A DNA stretch of 64,000 nucleotides from Candidatus Schekmanbacteria bacterium RIFCSPLOWO2_02_FULL_38_14. Lineage in GTDB: Bacteria; Schekmanbacteria; GWA2-38-11. Shown here in pieces: positions 20,897 to 29,764 of this stretch. Both the position numbers and the translations under genes were made by a program. The notes under the pieces are model-generated. The model had not been told where the DNA came from, ran no database searches, and saw nothing but the letters and a program-made list of their open reading frames with translations. Where the stretch lies: assembly GCA_001790855.1 (NCBI GenBank), contig MGDH01000022.1, forward strand, positions 7,116 through 71,115. The letters run 5' to 3'. Within the stretch, counting starts at the first letter, position 1. Each line of letters begins with the position of its first letter.

Positions 20897-22798
20897 TTAT
20901 TTTTTTATGACCTTTAATTTAACAGCACCTAAAGATGATCTTACAACTTTTATAATGCCTTCAGTATCAAGTCCGAATTTTTCTCTCAATTCTACCTGAG
21001 ACCCGTGTTCGACAAACTCATCAGGAATTCCTATTCTGCAAGAGACAGAATTTGCCAGTCCGTTTTCTGTTAATATTTCTAAAACTGCACTTCCAAAACC
21101 ACCCTGAAGAACATTTTCTTCAATAGTTATAACTATATTTACTTCAGAAGCAATATTGCAGATTGTAGTTCTGTCCAAAGGTTTTATAAATCTTGAATTA
21201 ACGACAGCTGTTCTGATACCATCTTTTTCTAATTTTTCAGATGCACACAGTGACGGATATACCATGTTGCCTATTGCTAATAGGGCAACATCTTTTCCTT
21301 TTTTAATCACCTCTGCTTTCCCTACTTCAATTAATTTAAATTCCTTTTCGATAACTACTCCGGTACCAATGCTTCTTGGGTATCTTATTGCAACAGGTTG
21401 ATTCATATTAATAGCAGTATAAAGCATATGCTGTAGTTCATTTTCATCTTTTGGTGACATAACAATCATATTGGGCATAAACCTTAGGTATGATATGTCA
21501 AAAACTCCCTGGTGTGTAACCCCATCAGAGCCTACTATTCCTGCCCTATCTATAGCAAATATGACCGGTAGATTTGGGATACATACATCATGTATTATCT
21601 GGTCAAAACCTCTTTGTAAAAAGGTTGAATAGATAGCAACTATAGGTTTAAGTCCTTTTGATGCCATGCCTGCAGCAAATGTTATCCCATGTTGTTCAGC
21701 TATTCCAACATCATAAAACCTTTCAGGGAATTTATCCCTGAAAATGCAGAGGCCAGTACCTTCAGCCATAGCAGCAGTTACTGCTACTACCCTTTCATCT
21801 TTTTCTGCAAGTTTTAAAACTGTTTCTCCAAAAACCTGTGTATAAGATGGAACAGTTGATTTTTCTTTGCTAAAACAGCCGCTTTCAATCTCAAAAGATG
21901 TTACTCCGTGGAAAGTGCAGGGATTTTCTTCAGCATATTTATACCCTTTTCCTTTTTGAGTTATCACATGGATTAAGACAGGACTTTGGATTTCCTTAAC
22001 ATTTTTTAAAGTTTCTATCAGGTAATGAATATTATGCCCATCAATTGGTCCTACATACTTAAAACCCAATTCTTCAAATATTATCCCTGGTACAATAAGG
22101 CTTTTAATTGCTTCTTCAAGCTTTCTTACCTGCTTTGCCACCCGGGTACCGATTTTGGGGATGCTTTTGAGCAAGGTTTCTATCTCTTTTCTGAATTTCA
22201 TGTAGCGGGTTCCAGTAGTAACCTTTGACAGATATGCTGCAATTGCTCCTACATTTGGGGAAATTGACATCTCATTATCATTTAATACGACTATGAAGTT
22301 TTTCTTAAATCGCCCCGCATGATTTAACCCTTCATAGGCTAATCCTCCGGTAAGCGAACCATCACCAACAACTGCTATTACATAGTTTTCTTCTTTCAGA
22401 TGACGCATTGCCTCAGCAATACCCAGAGAAACAGAGATAGAAGTGCTTGCGTGCCCTGCAGTGAAAGGGTCATAGATACTTTCTTCAGGGTGTGGAAACC
22501 CGCTCAATCCTTTATATTTTCTTATTGTAGAAAATTTATCCTTTCTGCCAGTTAAAATCTTATGTGCGTAACTCTGATGGCCAACATCCCATACTATCTT
22601 ATCATCAGGGGCATTAAATACATAATGAAGGGCAATTGTAAGTTCTACAACACCAAGACTTGATGCAAGATGTCCACCATTTTGTGAAATAATCTTGATT
22701 ATCAGTTCTCTGATTTCTGAGGCTAATACATCAAGTTCCTTCAGTGTCATCTCTTTCAAATCATTTGGGTAATTTATCTTTTTTAAAATTTCTTCCAT
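20897..22798 (-). CDS. dxs: 1-deoxy-D-xylulose-5-phosphate synthase
   Basis: 'GGHLASSLG', 'WDVGHQSY', 'GDGSLTGG', 'GIAEQH', 'DRAG'. Confidence 0.98.
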   Translation of the reverse strand: MEEILKKINYPNDLKEMTLKELDVLASEIRELIIKIISQNGGHLASSLGVVELTIALHYVFNAPDDKIVWDVGHQSYAHKILTGRKDKFSTIRKYKGLSGFPHPEESIYDPFTAGHASTSISVSLGIAEAMRHLKEENYVIAVVGDGSLTGGLAYEGLNHAGRFKKNFIVVLNDNEMSISPNVGAIAAYLSKVTTGTRYMKFRKEIETLLKSIPKIGTRVAKQVRKLEEAIKSLIVPGIIFEELGFKYVGPIDGHNIHYLIETLKNVKEIQSPVLIHVITQKGKGYKYAEENPCTFHGVTSFEIESGCFSKEKSTVPSYTQVFGETVLKLAEKDERVVAVTAAMAEGTGLCIFRDKFPERFYDVGIAEQHGITFAAGMASKGLKPIVAIYSTFLQRGFDQIIHDVCIPNLPVIFAIDRAGIVGSDGVTHQGVFDISYLRFMPNMIVMSPKDENELQHMLYTAINMNQPVAIRYPRSIGTGVVIEKEFKLIEVGKAEVIKKGKDVALLAIGNMVYPSLCASEKLEKDGIRTAVVNSRFIKPLDRTTICNIASEVNIVITIEENVLQGGFGSAVLEILTENGLANSVSCRIGIPDEFVEHGSQVELREKFGLDTEGIIKVVRSSLGAVKLKVIKK

Positions 22799-22813
22799 AT
22801 TTAATTTTTTCTA

Positions 22814-23704
22814 TTATTTGTTTCTTGAAGTTATGTATTTTGTTATCTCCCTAAGCAGTTTAGCACTGCTACCAAAGTTCTGTAAGATATTCAATGCTTC
22901 TTCAACAAGCTGACTGGCTTTCCTTTTGGAAGTATCCATGCCAAGGCATTGTGGATAAGTAGCTTTGTCAGTTTTTTTATCACTTCCTGTTTCCTTGCCA
23001 ATTTTTTCTTCAATCCCTTCAATATCAAGAATATCATCTATTATCTGAAATGCCAAGCCTATTTTTGTACCGTATTGAGTTAGGAGTTTAAGGTTTTTTT
23101 CAGATGCTTTTGCCACAATTGCTCCTGCTCTTACGGATGCTGTTATTAATGCTCCGGTTTTATGTGAGTGAATATAATTAAGTGTTTCCTCCTTTACCAT
23201 TTTTCCTTCTGACTGAATGTCTGCTGCCTGTCCTCCAATCATTCCGTCAATTCCTGAGAAGAATGCTATGTCATTTATTATTTTTAGTGTTAAAGAAGGG
23301 TCAAAATTTTCAAGGTTATCCTCATCACTTATTATTTTAAAAGCAAGAGTCAAAAGTGCATCACCCGCTAAAATAGCTATCGCTTCACCGAAAACCTTAT
23401 GATTTGTCAATTGTCCTCTTCTATAGGTGTCATTATCCATTGCAGGTAGATCATCATGGATTAACGAGTAGGTATGAATAAGTTCAATGGCGCATGCAAA
23501 TGGGATTGCATATTTCACCACACCTCCGAGGGTTTCGCAGATTACAAGAGTAAGAATTGACCTTAATCTTTTTCCTCCAGCAAAAACACTGTAATTAATG
23601 GATTCTTTGAGAGAATCCGGATATCCACTGTATTGAGAAATGAATTTTTTTAATGAATCTTCAATTAATATTTTCCTTGATTCTAATTCTTTTTTGAGCT
23701 CCAT
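22814..23704 (-). CDS. ispA: Farnesyl/geranylgeranyl diphosphate synthase
   Basis: 'GGKRLR', FARM 'HDDLPAMD', SARM 'FQIIDD'. Start placed at the ATG after the xseB stop. Confidence 0.93.
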   Translation of the reverse strand: MELKKELESRKILIEDSLKKFISQYSGYPDSLKESINYSVFAGGKRLRSILTLVICETLGGVVKYAIPFACAIELIHTYSLIHDDLPAMDNDTYRRGQLTNHKVFGEAIAILAGDALLTLAFKIISDEDNLENFDPSLTLKIINDIAFFSGIDGMIGGQAADIQSEGKMVKEETLNYIHSHKTGALITASVRAGAIVAKASEKNLKLLTQYGTKIGLAFQIIDDILDIEGIEEKIGKETGSDKKTDKATYPQCLGMDTSKRKASQLVEEALNILQNFGSSAKLLREITKYITSRNK

Positions 23705-23711
23705 ACTGTTT

Positions 23712-23960
23712 TTATTCATCAGACTCTTCACTGTTGAGTTCATCAAAAGGCTTTATTATGTTTGATCCGTTTTCTCCTTTAATCAGGATTTCAACTTTTT
23801 TTTCAGCTTCTTCAAGTTTTGAAGCACATACTTTGCTGAGGTTAATACCCTCTTCAAATAACCTCATGGATTCTTCTAAGTTAAGGTTTCCTTCTTCAAG
23901 TTTTTTTACAATTATTTCAAGTTTCCCAAAGGCATCTTCAAATTTTATTTCATTTCCCAT
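23712..23960 (-). CDS. xseB: Exodeoxyribonuclease VII small subunit
   Basis: 'FEDA...LE.IV..LE.G...LEES...FEEG'. Lies between xseA and ispA. Confidence 0.95.
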   Translation of the reverse strand: MGNEIKFEDAFGKLEIIVKKLEEGNLNLEESMRLFEEGINLSKVCASKLEEAEKKVEILIKGENGSNIIKPFDELNSEESDE

Positions 23961-23999
23961 CAGCAGAATTCCCCTTTTGAAAAAATATTGATTCTATAA

Positions 24000-25325
24000 T
24001 TAATTTACTTCACAAGATATTTTTCCATCTTTTAAGGTCAAGCTTAATTGTTCTCCTGTTTTTACCTGAGATATGCTTTTAATAAGGTTTCCGTCATTTG
24101 ATTTCTGGCATATGCAGTAACCTCTTTCCATCTGAGAATAAGGGTTAAAAAAATTTAATATTTCAAATCGTTTCGAATACTCCTTTTTGTAATTTGCTAT
24201 CAATACCTTCATTGCTGATTGAAGGCGGTTTTCAATTTGTTTTAAAATTCCCTGATAGCTTGATATTCTGTAAGTTGGCTTATGAGCCAAAAATTTTCCA
24301 TACATAATGATAAGGGACTCTTTCTTTTCACTGATGAGATTAAGAGTTTCTCTATTGATTCTGGATGTCAGTTCGTCAGTTTTCTGATAATATTTTCGAA
24401 TGAGGCTTAATGGTGTATATGCCTGGCACAGGCTGATTAATAGCTCCAATGATTTATTTAGATATTTTATTTTTGACAGAAATTTATCTTTTAATCTGCT
24501 TTGCAGAAAATGCAAATTCTTTTGGATTTCTTCTTTGCTTGAAATTACAAGTTCAGCTGCTGCTGATGGGGTTGGAGCTCTGACATCAGCTACAAAATCA
24601 GAAATAGTATAATCAATTTCATGTCCAACAGCAGAGATGACAGGTATTTTTGAGGCAAAGATAGCTCTTGCAACAATTTCTTCATTAAATGCCCAAAGGT
24701 CTTCAATTGAACCTCCACCCCTTCCAACAATCAAAACGTCAATATCACTAAATTTATTCAGTTCTTCTATTCCATAAGCTATCTCTTTTGCTGCTTCATC
24801 GCCCTGGACTTTTACTGGATAAACCAGAATATGCAGGTTAGCAAATCTTCTGTTAATTACATGGATTATGTCCCTTATTGCTGCACCGGTTGGAGAGGTC
24901 ACAATTCCGATTTTTTTTGGAAAAAAAGGGAGCTTCTTTTTAAACTTTTTTTCAAAAAGTCCCTCTTCTGCAAGCTTTACTTTCAACTGCTCAAAAGCTA
25001 ACTGAAGGGCACCTATCCCTTTTGGTTCTATGTAATCAATTATTATCTGATAGATTCCCCTTGCTTCGTAAACTGTTATTCTTCCATTCACAATTACGCT
25101 AAGCCCGTCTTTGACATCAAATTTTATAAATCTTCGTTGTGTTTTAAAGATTACAGCTTGAATCTGGGCAAACTCATCTTTTAAAGTAAAATAGATATGT
25201 CCTGAGGATGGAATTTTTAAGTTAGATATTTCACCTTCTATCCAAATATTATTGAAATTTAGTTCTAGTTTTTCTTTAATAAGCTGAGTAATTTTCGAGA
25301 TAGTATAGATTTGAGTTTCTACCAT
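24000..25325 (-). CDS. xseA: Exodeoxyribonuclease VII large subunit
   Basis: 'GEISN..SGH.YFTLKD', 'GRGGGSIEDLW', 'SAVGHE', 'PTPSAAAE'. Confidence 0.97.
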   Translation of the reverse strand: MVETQIYTISKITQLIKEKLELNFNNIWIEGEISNLKIPSSGHIYFTLKDEFAQIQAVIFKTQRRFIKFDVKDGLSVIVNGRITVYEARGIYQIIIDYIEPKGIGALQLAFEQLKVKLAEEGLFEKKFKKKLPFFPKKIGIVTSPTGAAIRDIIHVINRRFANLHILVYPVKVQGDEAAKEIAYGIEELNKFSDIDVLIVGRGGGSIEDLWAFNEEIVARAIFASKIPVISAVGHEIDYTISDFVADVRAPTPSAAAELVISSKEEIQKNLHFLQSRLKDKFLSKIKYLNKSLELLISLCQAYTPLSLIRKYYQKTDELTSRINRETLNLISEKKESLIIMYGKFLAHKPTYRISSYQGILKQIENRLQSAMKVLIANYKKEYSKRFEILNFFNPYSQMERGYCICQKSNDGNLIKSISQVKTGEQLSLTLKDGKISCEVN

Positions 25326-25490
25326 AGTTCAGTAAACCTCATGATTTTGAGATTGAGCTTAAGAGAAATAATACTCTGTGTCAAGGGAGTTTTTATAGTT
25401 TCTGAAAACTGTTTTATTTCAGAAACACAATAGGTTCTAAGCTATTTATTTTTATGGCTTTTGAGGACTATGTTTTTAAATTTTTTTTAA

Positions 25491-25571
25491 TGTCGGGTTT
25501 TTAGACACTTTTTATATTTATAAAACAATGAGTTAGATTATCTCTGCTAAAAAATGTCGGAAATTTAGACA
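25491..25571. promoter_or_regulatory. Pair of palindromic upstream activator sites (bEBP-type)
   Basis: TGTCGGGTTTTTAGACA (25491-25507) and TGTCGGAAATTTAGACA (25555-25571), 64 bp apart, upstream of a sigma54 box. Confidence 0.65.
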
Positions 25572-25667
25572 AATTTCAAGTTTCTATATTTGTACTTTTA
25601 AATAAGTCTAATCGATTATTATGGAATTAAGCAATTAAAACAAATAGTTATATTTTTGCCCTAAAAA

Positions 25668-25683
25668 TGGCATAAATTTTGCA
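25668..25683 (+). promoter_or_regulatory. Sigma54 (RpoN) -24/-12 promoter
   Basis: TGGCATAAATTTTGCA with exact GG-N10-GC spacing. An IHF-like AAACAAATAGTTA lies just upstream (about 25638-25650). Confidence 0.75.
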
Positions 25684-25781
25684 TAAATCTTAAGTATCAA
25701 AAGAATATTTTTTAAAAGGGTGAGAATTAAAACTTTTATTAAAGCCTTTCTTCTCTAACCAGCAATTTCTTAAGGAAAACT

Positions 25782-26039
25782 ATGTCTGACAATAGTGGGA
25801 AAAAAGAAGAATTTGCTGAAGAAGAAACAAAATTTCTTCAGCTAAGAACTGCTGTTAACCTTACAAAGTTAATAATATTGCAGGGAGAAATTACGTATGG
25901 AGAGGCTTTAAAACTTGTTGAAAACCTCAGGTCTTATTCCATGAAGCTTTTTCCTGAAAAAGAAGAGACTTTTGAGTTGGTTTATAGAGGAAGATTTAAT
26001 AGAATAATGGACGAAAAATACAAGTATTTGGAAGAATAA
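25782..26039 (+). CDS. Small helical hypothetical protein (85 aa)
   Basis: AAGGA RBS, clean ORF, downstream of the sigma54 promoter. Confidence 0.7.
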   Translation: MSDNSGKKEEFAEEETKFLQLRTAVNLTKLIILQGEITYGEALKLVENLRSYSMKLFPEKEETFELVYRGRFNRIMDEKYKYLEE

Positions 26040-26085
26040 ATTTATTTATTCAGTAAGAGTTTCAAAAATAAGAAGGAAAGTATTA

Positions 26086-27285
26086 TTATAATTTTTTAAG
26101 ATTTAGTATTCTGTCAAAAATCTTCTCTGCAACTTCTTCTTTTGAGAGTTTTGGCAGGTCTTTAATTTTTCCATTTCTGTCTATAAGCTTGACAATGTTT
26201 GTGTCAGAATTAAAACCTGCACCATTCTGAGTTACATCATTTGCAACTATGAGGTCGCAGTTTTTTTCTTTAAGTTTTTTCTGGGCGTTTTTTATAAGGT
26301 TTTCAGTTTCTGCGGCAAAGCCCACAAGAATCCTTTTTCCTTTTTTCTTTCCCACCTCAAGCAATATGTCAGGAGTTTTTTCAAGTTTCAGGGTAACAGA
26401 TTCTTTCTCATCTTTTTTAATTTTGGCGTAAGATTCTTTTTTGGGTTTGAAATCAGAAACAGCAGCAGCTTTGATTATCATAGTGGATTCCGGGAGATTC
26501 TTGAGAACTGCTTCTCTCATTTGCGAAGCAGACAGAACATTTATTATTTTTGCACCGGGAGGGAAGGGAATACCGGTCGGAGCGCTTACCAGGGTTACAT
26601 CTGCCCCCCGGGCTAAAGCTACCTTAGCAAGAGCATAACCCATTTTCCCGCTTGAGCGGTTAGTGATATATCTTACAGGATCAATTGCCTCCTGAGTTCC
26701 TCCTGCAGTAATTAATATTTTTTCTCCCTTGAGGTCTGATTTCTGAAGCAAAGTTTTTTTTACTTTTTCAATTATCAATGAAACTTCAGCTAATTTTCCT
26801 ATACCCTCATCTCCACACGCAAGCTCGCCTGTCTGCGGCTCAATAAATTCAACTCCAAGGGATGATAGTTTTTTTATATTTTCTTTTGTTGTATGATGCA
26901 GATACATATTTGAGTTCATGGCAGGGGCAATTAGTATTTTTCCTCTAAATGCTAAATAAAAAGTTGAAAGAAAATCATCAGCTATGCCGCTAGCAAACTT
27001 TGCAATAATATTGGCTGTTGCAGGGACCACAAGGAGGAGGTCAGTTTCTTTTGCGAGGTTTATATGGCAGACATCAAACTCTGACGGAAGATCAAACTGC
27101 CCACTTATTACCCCGTTTTTTGTAAGAGTCTGTAGGGTTAAAGGAGTTATGAACTCACAAGCATTTTTTGTCATAATTGCAGTGACTGAAACTCCTGCTT
27201 TTCTTAATTCTCTTACAATTTCGCAAGCCTTGTAAGCAGCAATTCCGCCTGTTATTCCGAGAACTATATTTTTACCCTTAAGCAC
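26086..27285 (-). CDS. coaBC: Phosphopantothenoylcysteine decarboxylase/ligase
   Basis: 'GITGGIAAYK', 'PAMN', 'LACG..G.G', 'DPVRYITNRSSGKMG', 'GFAAET'. Confidence 0.97.
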   Translation of the reverse strand: MLKGKNIVLGITGGIAAYKACEIVRELRKAGVSVTAIMTKNACEFITPLTLQTLTKNGVISGQFDLPSEFDVCHINLAKETDLLLVVPATANIIAKFASGIADDFLSTFYLAFRGKILIAPAMNSNMYLHHTTKENIKKLSSLGVEFIEPQTGELACGDEGIGKLAEVSLIIEKVKKTLLQKSDLKGEKILITAGGTQEAIDPVRYITNRSSGKMGYALAKVALARGADVTLVSAPTGIPFPPGAKIINVLSASQMREAVLKNLPESTMIIKAAAVSDFKPKKESYAKIKKDEKESVTLKLEKTPDILLEVGKKKGKRILVGFAAETENLIKNAQKKLKEKNCDLIVANDVTQNGAGFNSDTNIVKLIDRNGKIKDLPKLSKEEVAEKIFDRILNLKKL

Positions 27286-27332
27286 AGTTTAAGATTTTTA
27301 CCCGTTATAAGTTTTGTATCATATTCTTTTTT

Positions 27333-27437
27333 GTCATTGCGAGCGATAGCGAAGCAATCTCGGTTTTTAGCTATTAGCTGATAGCTGTCAGTATTGTAAT
27401 GAGATTGCTTCGTCGCTAAATAGCTCCTCGCAATGAC
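27333..27437. repeat. Palindromic GTCATTGCGAG...CTCGCAATGAC element, copy 1
   Basis: 11-bp terminal IR plus inner IR GAAGCAATCTC/GAGATTGCTTC. A second copy is at 50507. Confidence 0.85.
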
Positions 27438-27497
27438 AAAGACTTTTTTCAACAGCCTGTTAAAGCTGTTTAGGATTTCGAATTTAGAATTTTCCCC

Positions 27498-27995
27498 CTA
27501 CTCAACCACAATCAGTGTGTCTCCTGCATTTACAACAACCCCTTCTTCAACTGCTATCTCTTTTACTACACCTTTACTTGACGACTTAAGCTCGTTTTCC
27601 ATCTTCATTGCCTCAACTACGATCATTCCTGCCCCGGACTCAACTTCTTCTCCTTCTTTTACCAGTATCTTAACGATTTTTCCTGGCATAGGAGCCTTGA
27701 TAACCTGTTTTCCGCTTTCGGGTTCCTTTTTTTTCTGAGCCATCCGCCTTGTTGCTTCATCAAACACTTCAATTTCAAAGCTTTCACCACTTATATCAAC
27801 TATGTATTTATTTTCCTCGCTTTTAATATTGGAAAGATATGATTTGTTTGACACAATAAGGGAGTAGAGTTCCTTTTTAAAAAGAGTAGCATCAACATCA
27901 AATTCTTCACCGTCAATCTTTATAAGAAAAGACTTCTCTTTTCTTTCAATTTCAACAGAATATTCTTTATTCCCTACTAAAATGTCAAAAATCAT
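27498..27995 (-). CDS. Biotin carboxyl carrier protein
   Basis: 'APMPGK' and biotinylation motif 'EAMKM'. Likely start ATG 27995. Confidence 0.9.
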   Translation of the reverse strand: MIFDILVGNKEYSVEIERKEKSFLIKIDGEEFDVDATLFKKELYSLIVSNKSYLSNIKSEENKYIVDISGESFEIEVFDEATRRMAQKKKEPESGKQVIKAPMPGKIVKILVKEGEEVESGAGMIVVEAMKMENELKSSSKGVVKEIAVEEGVVVNAGDTLIVVE

Positions 27996-28008
27996 TTTTA
28001 TGTTTTTT

Positions 28009-29514
28009 TTAGAGCCTGCTTCCCCACATCTGCCATTTGCCAGCAACTTTCCAGTGGTTTTTGGGCTGGTGACTCTGGTCATGGAAAAGCGATTCCTTTT
28101 CAGCCTTTTTGAATGATTCAATAACAGCAGTGAGAATGGCTATTTTGAGAGCCTCGTCTGAAGGGAAAGAAGAGGGTTCAATTCTTTTTGCTATAAAATT
28201 CGTATCAATATCACCTTCTATAAAATGTTTATTTGATATTACCTTTTTCAAGAAAGGTATTGTTGTTTTAATTCCTGTTATTGAATACTCATTTAAAGCC
28301 CTTAACATTCTCATTCGCGCTTCTTCTCTGTCTTTTCCCCATACAACAAGTTTTGAAATCAAAGGGTCATAGTGGACTGAGATATTGCATCCTTCATAAG
28401 CACTTGAATCATATCTGATTCCGTAACCTCCGGGACTACGCAGAGTTCTTATTATGCCGGGGGACGGAAGAAAATTTTTTTCAGGGTCTTCTGCGTAAAT
28501 TCTGCATTCCATTGCACAGCCATTTCTTTTAATCTTATCCTGTGTAAGTTTCAGCTTTTCTCCTGAAGCAATTCTTATCTGTTCTCTAACAATATCTATT
28601 CCTGTTACTATTTCAGTTATGGCATGTTCCACCTGAAGACGGGTGTTCATTTCAAGAAAGTAAAAATTATTCTTTTTATCTACAAGGAATTCAACCGTGC
28701 CTGCATTGGTATAGTTAACTGCTTTGACTGCCTTTAGTGCAGCAATTCCCATCCTCTCTCTGAGCTTATCATCCACAACAGTAGAAGGTGTTTCTTCGAT
28801 TATCTTCTGATGTCTTCTCTGGATTGAGCATTCTCTCTCAAAGAGATGGACACTGTTTCCATGCTTATCTGCCAATACCTGAATTTCAATATGTCTCGGG
28901 TTTTCAAGATATTTTTCAACATAGACAGAGGAATTCCCAAAAGCGGCACCTGCTTCTGAACGTGCAGCACGCACGCTTGATTTCAACTCGTTTTCTGTAT
29001 GAACAATTCTCATCCCTTTTCCGCCGCCACCGGCAGCAGCCTTAATCATTATTGGAAATCCTATCTCCTTGGCTATTTTAAAAACCTCATCATCATTCTC
29101 AATGCTTTCAGTTGTTCCTGGAAGGATAGGGATGCCAGCTTCAGCCATTATTTTTCTGGCTGTTGTTTTGTTTCCCATTTTTTCAATAACGTCAGATGAA
29201 GGACCAATAAAGGTTATTTTTTCTTTTTCACACTCTTGAGCAAACCTTGAATTTTCTGAAAGAAAACCATAGCCGGGATGGATTGCATCTGCTCCGCTTT
29301 CTTTTGCAACAGAGATGATTTTATCTATGTTAAGATAGCTTTTGATTGAAGCAGCTTCACCAATACAGTAGGCTTCATCAGCGAGACCTACGTGAAGGGA
29401 ATTTCTGTCGGGTTTAGAATAAACTGCAACTGTAGGGATGTTTAAATCCTGACAGGCGCGGATTATCCTTATGGCAATTTCGCCACGATTAGAAATTAAG
29501 ATTTTTTTAAACAT
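28009..29514 (-). CDS. accC: Biotin carboxylase subunit of acyl-CoA/pyruvate carboxylase
   Basis: 'NRGEIA', 'HPGYGFLSEN', 'GGGGKGMR', 'RECSIQRRHQK', 'EMNTRLQVEH'. Confidence 0.93.
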   Translation of the reverse strand: MFKKILISNRGEIAIRIIRACQDLNIPTVAVYSKPDRNSLHVGLADEAYCIGEAASIKSYLNIDKIISVAKESGADAIHPGYGFLSENSRFAQECEKEKITFIGPSSDVIEKMGNKTTARKIMAEAGIPILPGTTESIENDDEVFKIAKEIGFPIMIKAAAGGGGKGMRIVHTENELKSSVRAARSEAGAAFGNSSVYVEKYLENPRHIEIQVLADKHGNSVHLFERECSIQRRHQKIIEETPSTVVDDKLRERMGIAALKAVKAVNYTNAGTVEFLVDKKNNFYFLEMNTRLQVEHAITEIVTGIDIVREQIRIASGEKLKLTQDKIKRNGCAMECRIYAEDPEKNFLPSPGIIRTLRSPGGYGIRYDSSAYEGCNISVHYDPLISKLVVWGKDREEARMRMLRALNEYSITGIKTTIPFLKKVISNKHFIEGDIDTNFIAKRIEPSSFPSDEALKIAILTAVIESFKKAEKESLFHDQSHQPKNHWKVAGKWQMWGSRL

Positions 29515-29585
29515 AGTATTAATTTTATTCTTTAACAAAAATAAAACCGAAAAGCAACAGAATTTTCTTCACTCTTTCATTTCTG

Positions 29586-29613
29586 TTGACAATCCTGATT
29601 GTCAAATTATAAT
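29586..29613 (+). promoter_or_regulatory. Consensus sigma70 promoter of aspS overlapping a 20-bp palindrome
   Basis: TTGACA-16 nt-TATAAT, with TTGACAATC-CT-GATTGTCAA at 29586-29605. Confidence 0.6.
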
Positions 29614-29764
29614 TATTTGCCTATTTCTAAATTAGTTAATTAATTTAATAAGTTAGCAAAAAGGTTGAGGGTTCAAAAACTCTATAGTTTAAATCCCGTC
29701 AACCACCCTTTAAAAAGTTGGGACAAGTGGAATTTGATTTTTATAATTATAGGAGCATAACAAA

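Noticed and set aside
27264..27452. 62-aa ORF 'MKKVFVIARS...DCFAIARND'
   Set aside because: Translation of the palindromic repeat, not a gene.
29698..29730. GTCAACCACCC resembling an IS200/IS605 or omega-RNA 5' end
   Set aside because: The following hairpin is not formed properly and no tnpA/tnpB/iscB is nearby.
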